A stretch of 63,316 bases of DNA, counting the filler. It is 6 parts of 6 records of this genome, joined end to end, with 100 filler letters (N's around TTAATTAATTAA, not from the genome) between each part and the next. Parts side by side here need not be neighbours in the genome. Positions count along the whole stretch, not along the records: positions 56,499 to 63,316 come from DRR723986_6404; 5 more parts are not named here. The stretch is one strand, 5' to 3'. Positions 59,517-63,316 of this stretch are shown piece by piece; the stretch's first letter is position 1, and every line of letters begins with the position of its first letter. The notes under the pieces are model-generated. The model saw nothing but the letters and a program-made list of their open reading frames with translations, had not been told where the DNA came from and ran no database searches. Position numbers and translations under genes: made by a program.

Positions 59517-60407
59517 ATGTCATTCAGCGATTGGGACGAGATCCGCACCGCCTATCAGGTGGCGCGCATGGGAACGGTCAGCGGCGCGGCCGAGGTGCTT
59601 GGGGTGCATCATGCGACCGTGATCCGCCACATCGACTCGCTGGAGGGGCGGCTTGGGGCAAAGCTGTTCCAGCGCCACGCGCGCGGCTACACGCCGACCG
59701 AAGCCGGTCAGGACTTGCTGGCCGTCGGGGGGCGGGCGGATGACCAGTTTTCGCAATTGGCCAGCCGCATCAAGGGACGTGGAAACGAGGTGACGGGCGA
59801 ATTGCTGATTACCTCTCTCAATGTCATTGCCCCCCTCATCGTTCCGGCCTTGGGCGAATTTCAGGAAGAGCACCCTGAACTTCAAATCCAGTTCCTGACG
59901 GACATGCGTCTGTACCGGCTGGAATACGGCGAGGCGCATGTGGCGATCCGGGCGGGCAAACCTGGCGATAACCAGGACAATATCGTGCAGCCCTATTGCA
60001 CCCTGTCCACGGTGCTGTGCGCGACAGAAGAGTATCTCGACCGGTTCGGGCCGCTGACCGAGGAAAATATCAGCCAGCACCGGTTCATCGGCACAGCACA
60101 GGAAACCCCCCGTGCGCCGTTCTTGCGGTGGCTGGTGGATGTGGTGCCCGACGATTGCATCCGCTTTCGCTGCAATGACACCGACAGTATGCGGCAGGCG
60201 GTGATGTCGGGCATGGGGATCGGCTTTGTCTCGAGCCTTGATCTGCAGACCAACAGCGAACTGGTGGAAATGCTGCCACCGCTGGAGGAATGGTCGATCA
60301 AGCTGTGGCTGGTGACACATATGGACCTGCACCGGACCGCGAAGGTGCAAACAGTGCTGCGCTTCCTCAAGGAAAAGGTCGCGCACTGGCCGGTGGATCC
60401 GGCCTGA
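59517..60407 (+). CDS. LysR-family regulator, divergent from azoR
   Basis: HTH 'GTVSGAAEVLGVHHATVIRHIDSLE', 'LFQR...PTEAG'. Confidence 0.93.
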   Translation: MSFSDWDEIRTAYQVARMGTVSGAAEVLGVHHATVIRHIDSLEGRLGAKLFQRHARGYTPTEAGQDLLAVGGRADDQFSQLASRIKGRGNEVTGELLITSLNVIAPLIVPALGEFQEEHPELQIQFLTDMRLYRLEYGEAHVAIRAGKPGDNQDNIVQPYCTLSTVLCATEEYLDRFGPLTEENISQHRFIGTAQETPRAPFLRWLVDVVPDDCIRFRCNDTDSMRQAVMSGMGIGFVSSLDLQTNSELVEMLPPLEEWSIKLWLVTHMDLHRTAKVQTVLRFLKEKVAHWPVDPA

Positions 60408-60408
60408 C

Positions 60409-61290
60409 ATGACCGGCGGATATCGCGGACATCTGGCGATGCTGGCGTTTTCGGCGCTGGTGGCGGGGTCTTTTTCGCTCGGCTCGATGGCGGCCAATCA
60501 TATCGACCCCGCGGCATTCAACGCGGTCCGATTTCTGTGCGGGGCGCTGGTCGTGTCGCTGATCGTGCAGGCGCGTGGTGGTTTTCACCGTCAGCATTTC
60601 CGCGCCCCGTGGCGCTATCTGGTGCTTGGCGGGCTGTTTGGCACCTATTTCGTTTTGATGTTTGAGGGGCTGAAGACCGCGCCCCCGGTGTCGGCTGCGG
60701 CGGTGTTTACGCTGACCCCGATCATGACGGCGGGGTTTGGCTTCCTGCTGCTCAGCCAGATCATGACGGCGCGCATGGCGCTTGCGCTGGCCATCGGAGG
60801 CACGGGCGCGCTTTGGGTGATCTTCCGGGCGGACCTGTCGGCGCTTCTGGCCTTCGAGATCGGGCGCGGCGAGGTGATCTATTTCATCGGTTGCATCGCC
60901 CACGCGATCTATACGCCGATGGTGCGGATGCTGAACCGGGGCGAACCGGCGCCGGTGTCCACGTTCGGGACCATGCTTGGCGGGGCCTTCGTGCTGTTCA
61001 TCTGGGGCGGGGGTGAGGTGCTGGCGACCGATTGGGCGGCGCTGCCCGGCATCGTCTGGATCACGCTGGCCTATACGGCGGTTTTCGCCACGGCGGTCAC
61101 GGTGGTGCTGTTGCAATTCGCCTCGATGCAACTGCCGGCGTCCAAGGTCATGGCCTATACCTATCTGACACCCACATGGGTGATCGGATGGGAGTTCTTT
61201 CTAGGCAACGGCATGCCGAGCGTGTTTGTGCTTGGCGGCGTGGCGCTGACTTGTGTGGCTTTGCTGCTTTTGCTGAAGAATGAGGGGTAG
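60409..61290 (+). CDS. DMT/EamA family transporter
   Basis: 10 TM helices, 'AGSFSLG', 'AYTYLTP'. Confidence 0.88.
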   Translation: MTGGYRGHLAMLAFSALVAGSFSLGSMAANHIDPAAFNAVRFLCGALVVSLIVQARGGFHRQHFRAPWRYLVLGGLFGTYFVLMFEGLKTAPPVSAAAVFTLTPIMTAGFGFLLLSQIMTARMALALAIGGTGALWVIFRADLSALLAFEIGRGEVIYFIGCIAHAIYTPMVRMLNRGEPAPVSTFGTMLGGAFVLFIWGGGEVLATDWAALPGIVWITLAYTAVFATAVTVVLLQFASMQLPASKVMAYTYLTPTWVIGWEFFLGNGMPSVFVLGGVALTCVALLLLLKNEG

Positions 61291-61317
61291 GGCGGGCCCG
61301 CCCGCCCACCCCTTTTC

Positions 61318-61360
61318 GGGGCTCTGCCCCGGACCCCGGAGTATTTGGGCCAAGAAGAAG
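61318..61360. repeat. Rhodobacteraceae-type REP-like intergenic element
   Basis: GGGGCTCTGCCCCGGACCCCGGAGTATTTGGGCCAAGAAGAAG between convergent genes; single copy here, recognised from memory. Confidence 0.5.
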
Positions 61361-61362
61361 GG

Positions 61363-61695
61363 TTAGTCTGCGGCGCTTCCCAGTTCCTGTTCAAGGAAGG
61401 CCTCGAACGCATCCAGATTGACCGGCTCGAACTGGCCAAAGCCCTGCATCCAGACCGAGGCCGTTTTCAGCGCATCGGGTTCCAGCTTGCACCATTTCAC
61501 CCTGCCGCGCTTTTCCTGGCTGATCAGACCCGCGCCCGCAAGGATCGTCAGGTGTTTGGATATCGCGGCGAGTGACATCTCGAACGGCTCGGCCACATCC
61601 GTGACGGCCATGTCATCTTCCAGCAGCATTGACAGGATGCGGCGGCGGGTTGGGTCGGCGAGGGCCGAGAAGACGGTGTCGAGATTTGATGCCAT
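61363..61695 (-). CDS. ArsR/SmtB-family regulator
   Basis: 'FSALADPTRRRIL', 'SLAAISKHL', 'EKRGR'. Confidence 0.92.
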   Translation of the reverse strand: MASNLDTVFSALADPTRRRILSMLLEDDMAVTDVAEPFEMSLAAISKHLTILAGAGLISQEKRGRVKWCKLEPDALKTASVWMQGFGQFEPVNLDAFEAFLEQELGSAAD

Positions 61696-61727
61696 TCGTG
61701 GGGATATCCAGGGTCGGGCGGGTATCG

Positions 61728-61767
61728 TCAACCATTTGGTTGAATATACCGTCAACCGATCGGTTGA
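61728..61767. promoter_or_regulatory. Tandem palindromic operator TCAACC-N4-GGTTGA x2 (probable ArsR autoregulatory site)
   Basis: TCAACCATTTGGTTGA at 61728-61743 and TCAACCGATCGGTTGA at 61752-61767, just upstream of arsR. Confidence 0.75.
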
Positions 61768-61879
61768 ATAAGCGATTTCCGCAGTGACCCGGTCCGCGCT
61801 GGGTGCTGCCTTTGTCGCAGTTCGAGAACTATGCATAAAATCAATGCGTTATGGGGTTTCGAAATGTCGAAACTACGCG

Positions 61880-61908
61880 TTGACTCTGTGGGGTGGTCTG
61901 CCTAGTTT
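61880..61908 (+). promoter_or_regulatory. Putative sigma70 promoter of the atp F0 operon
   Basis: TTGACT-N17-TAGTTT, 30 nt before atpI. Confidence 0.6.
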
Positions 61909-61938
61909 CCGCCCGAACCTCTGAAGGGGGCGTTTGCC

Positions 61939-62271
61939 ATGTCCGACGGGCCCGATCCTGACCGCTTGCAAGACTTTGAACAGCGGCTGGAACGACTGAA
62001 AGCCGGACAGCAGGACGAACGGCCCCATACCGAGGAACACTATTCCATGGCGCAGCATGCCTGGCGGATGGTGATAGAGCTTGTGGCCGGTCTGGGGATC
62101 GGTTTTGGCATGGGCTACGGGTTGGATGCGCTGTTTGGCACCACGCCGTGGTTCATGGTGGTTTTGACATTGCTGGGGTTCGTGGCCGGGGTGAAGACGA
62201 TGATCCGCTCTGCCCACGAGATCCAGAAAGAAAACGAAGCGGCGCTTGCCGCGCGCGATGAAGGGGAATGA
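61939..62271 (+). CDS. atpI: ATP synthase protein I (AtpZ/AtpI family)
   Basis: 'AWRMVIELVAG', 'GYGLDALFGTTPW', 'LGFVAG'; upstream of atpB. Confidence 0.88.
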   Translation: MSDGPDPDRLQDFEQRLERLKAGQQDERPHTEEHYSMAQHAWRMVIELVAGLGIGFGMGYGLDALFGTTPWFMVVLTLLGFVAGVKTMIRSAHEIQKENEAALAARDEGE

Positions 62272-62274
62272 GAC

Positions 62275-63195
62275 GTGTCCGAAGACGCACAAGAACAGAC
62301 CCATGGTGATGAAGCGGTTGCCGGTCACGGCGCCGAGGCAGCCAGCGGCGCAGATGCCGCCGCCGGTCACGGTAGCGAAGCCGTAGCAGCCCACGGGGCC
62401 GATGCGGCCCATGGTGCCGAAGGTGGTCTTCAGATCCACCCGATGGACCAGTTCATCGTCGAGCCGCTGTTCCGTTCCATTGAACCAGGCACCTGCGTTC
62501 CGTCTGAGGGCATTACAGATGGTTGCATCGCTTGGTATGAAATTACAAACGTGACCCTTTGGTTGGCGCTGGCAATCGTTGGCGTGTTTGTCCTGATGGT
62601 TCTGGGGTCTCGTGGCCGGGCCATCGTGCCCTCGCGTGCGCAGTCGGTGGCGGAACTGACCTATGGCTTTATCCGCAAGATGGTCGAAGACGTGGCGGGC
62701 AAGGATGCGCTGGCCTTCTTCCCCTATATCATGACGCTGTTCCTGTTCATCGTGATGGCCAACTTCCTTGGCCTCATCCCGGGCAGCTTTACCACCACCT
62801 CGCATATCGCCGTAACCGCGATCCTTGCGATGTCGGTATTCCTGACCGTGACCGTCGTCGGTTTCGTCAAGAACGGTGCCGGGTTCCTGGGGCTGTTCTG
62901 GGTGTCTTCCGCGCCGATGGCGCTGCGGCCCATCCTGGCGATCATCGAGCTGATCTCGTATTTCGTGCGCCCTGTCAGCCACTCCATCCGTCTTGCCGGT
63001 AACGTCATGGCGGGCCACGCGGTGATCAAGGTGTTCGCGGGTTTTGCGGGTGTTCTGGGCCTTGGTGCCGTCGCCCCCATCGTGGCGATCACCGCGGTCT
63101 ACGGGCTGGAGGTTCTGGTGGCCTTCATCCAGGCATACGTGTTCACGATCCTGACCTGCGTCTACCTGCGCGATGCGCTGCATCCGTCGCACTAA
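62275..63195 (+). CDS. atpB: F0F1 ATP synthase subunit a
   Basis: 'HPMDQF', 'PSRAQS', '[12 protein letters not shown]', '[14 protein letters not shown]'. Confidence 0.96.
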   Translation: MSEDAQEQTHGDEAVAGHGAEAASGADAAAGHGSEAVAAHGADAAHGAEGGLQIHPMDQFIVEPLFRSIEPGTCVPSEGITDGCIAWYEITNVTLWLALAIVGVFVLMVLGSRGRAIVPSRAQSVAELTYGFIRKMVEDVAGKDALAFFPYIMTLFLFIVMANFLGLIPGSFTTTSHIAVTAILAMSVFLTVTVVGFVKNGAGFLGLFWVSSAPMALRPILAIIELISYFVRPVSHSIRLAGNVMAGHAVIKVFAGFAGVLGLGAVAPIVAITAVYGLEVLVAFIQAYVFTILTCVYLRDALHPSH

Positions 63196-63250
63196 CCGCA
63201 CGTCTCAAGAAACAAACATATCTAAACTTCCAATCGTAAGGAGAAATCAC

Positions 63251-63316
63251 ATGGAAGGCGATCTCGCACACATCGGCGCTGGCCTCGCAGCAATCGGTTC
63301 CGGCGCAGCCGCAATC
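63251..63316 (+). CDS. atpE: F0F1 ATP synthase subunit c (truncated by the window end)
   Basis: MEGDLAHIGAGLAAIGSGAAAI after an AAGGAG RBS. Confidence 0.9.
   Translation, partial: MEGDLAHIGAGLAAIGSGAAAI

Noticed and set aside
61873-63201. 442-aa minus-strand ORF (similarly 41101-42279, 48007-49356, 26195-27412, 19323-20441)
   Set aside because: Antisense to well-supported genes; typical high-GC shadow frames.

Overview
This window is not one continuous locus. It is six contigs joined by artificial 100-bp spacers (44 N + TTAATTAATTAA + 44 N) at 16791-16890, 29344-29443, 36492-36591, 49631-49730 and 56399-56498, and the contigs come from different organisms. Contig 1 (1-16790) looks planctomycete (Pirellulaceae-like). 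It carries a GldA/GldFG/DUF4340 ABC module, rplM-rpsI, plsC, a FabZ-long ACP-FabZ cluster, a large membrane protein plus ABC ATPase, REP elements and a SatD + DUF3307 pair. Contigs 2, 3, 4 and 6 look Rhodobacteraceae-like: TRAP/TAXI, ppk2, metA, fadL, msrB; mcm, djlA, ppx, hdaA; argH, a LIV-type acyl uptake/beta-oxidation cluster, a methyltransferase-glycosyltransferase fusion; ffh, azoR, atpIBE. Contig 5 looks Marinobacter-like: a Fur-boxed TonB receptor divergent from a PepSY-TM/DUF2271/DUF4198/flavodoxin cluster. The best candidate for an undescribed system is the SatD module at 14874-16524. SatD has nucleotide-cyclase/palm-like motifs and a C-terminal HTH. It is followed by three exactly phased (28-bp period) 20-bp palindromes and then a DUF3307 membrane protein whose putative metal ligands appear degenerate. 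Family and taxon calls come from motif recognition by eye, not database searches.
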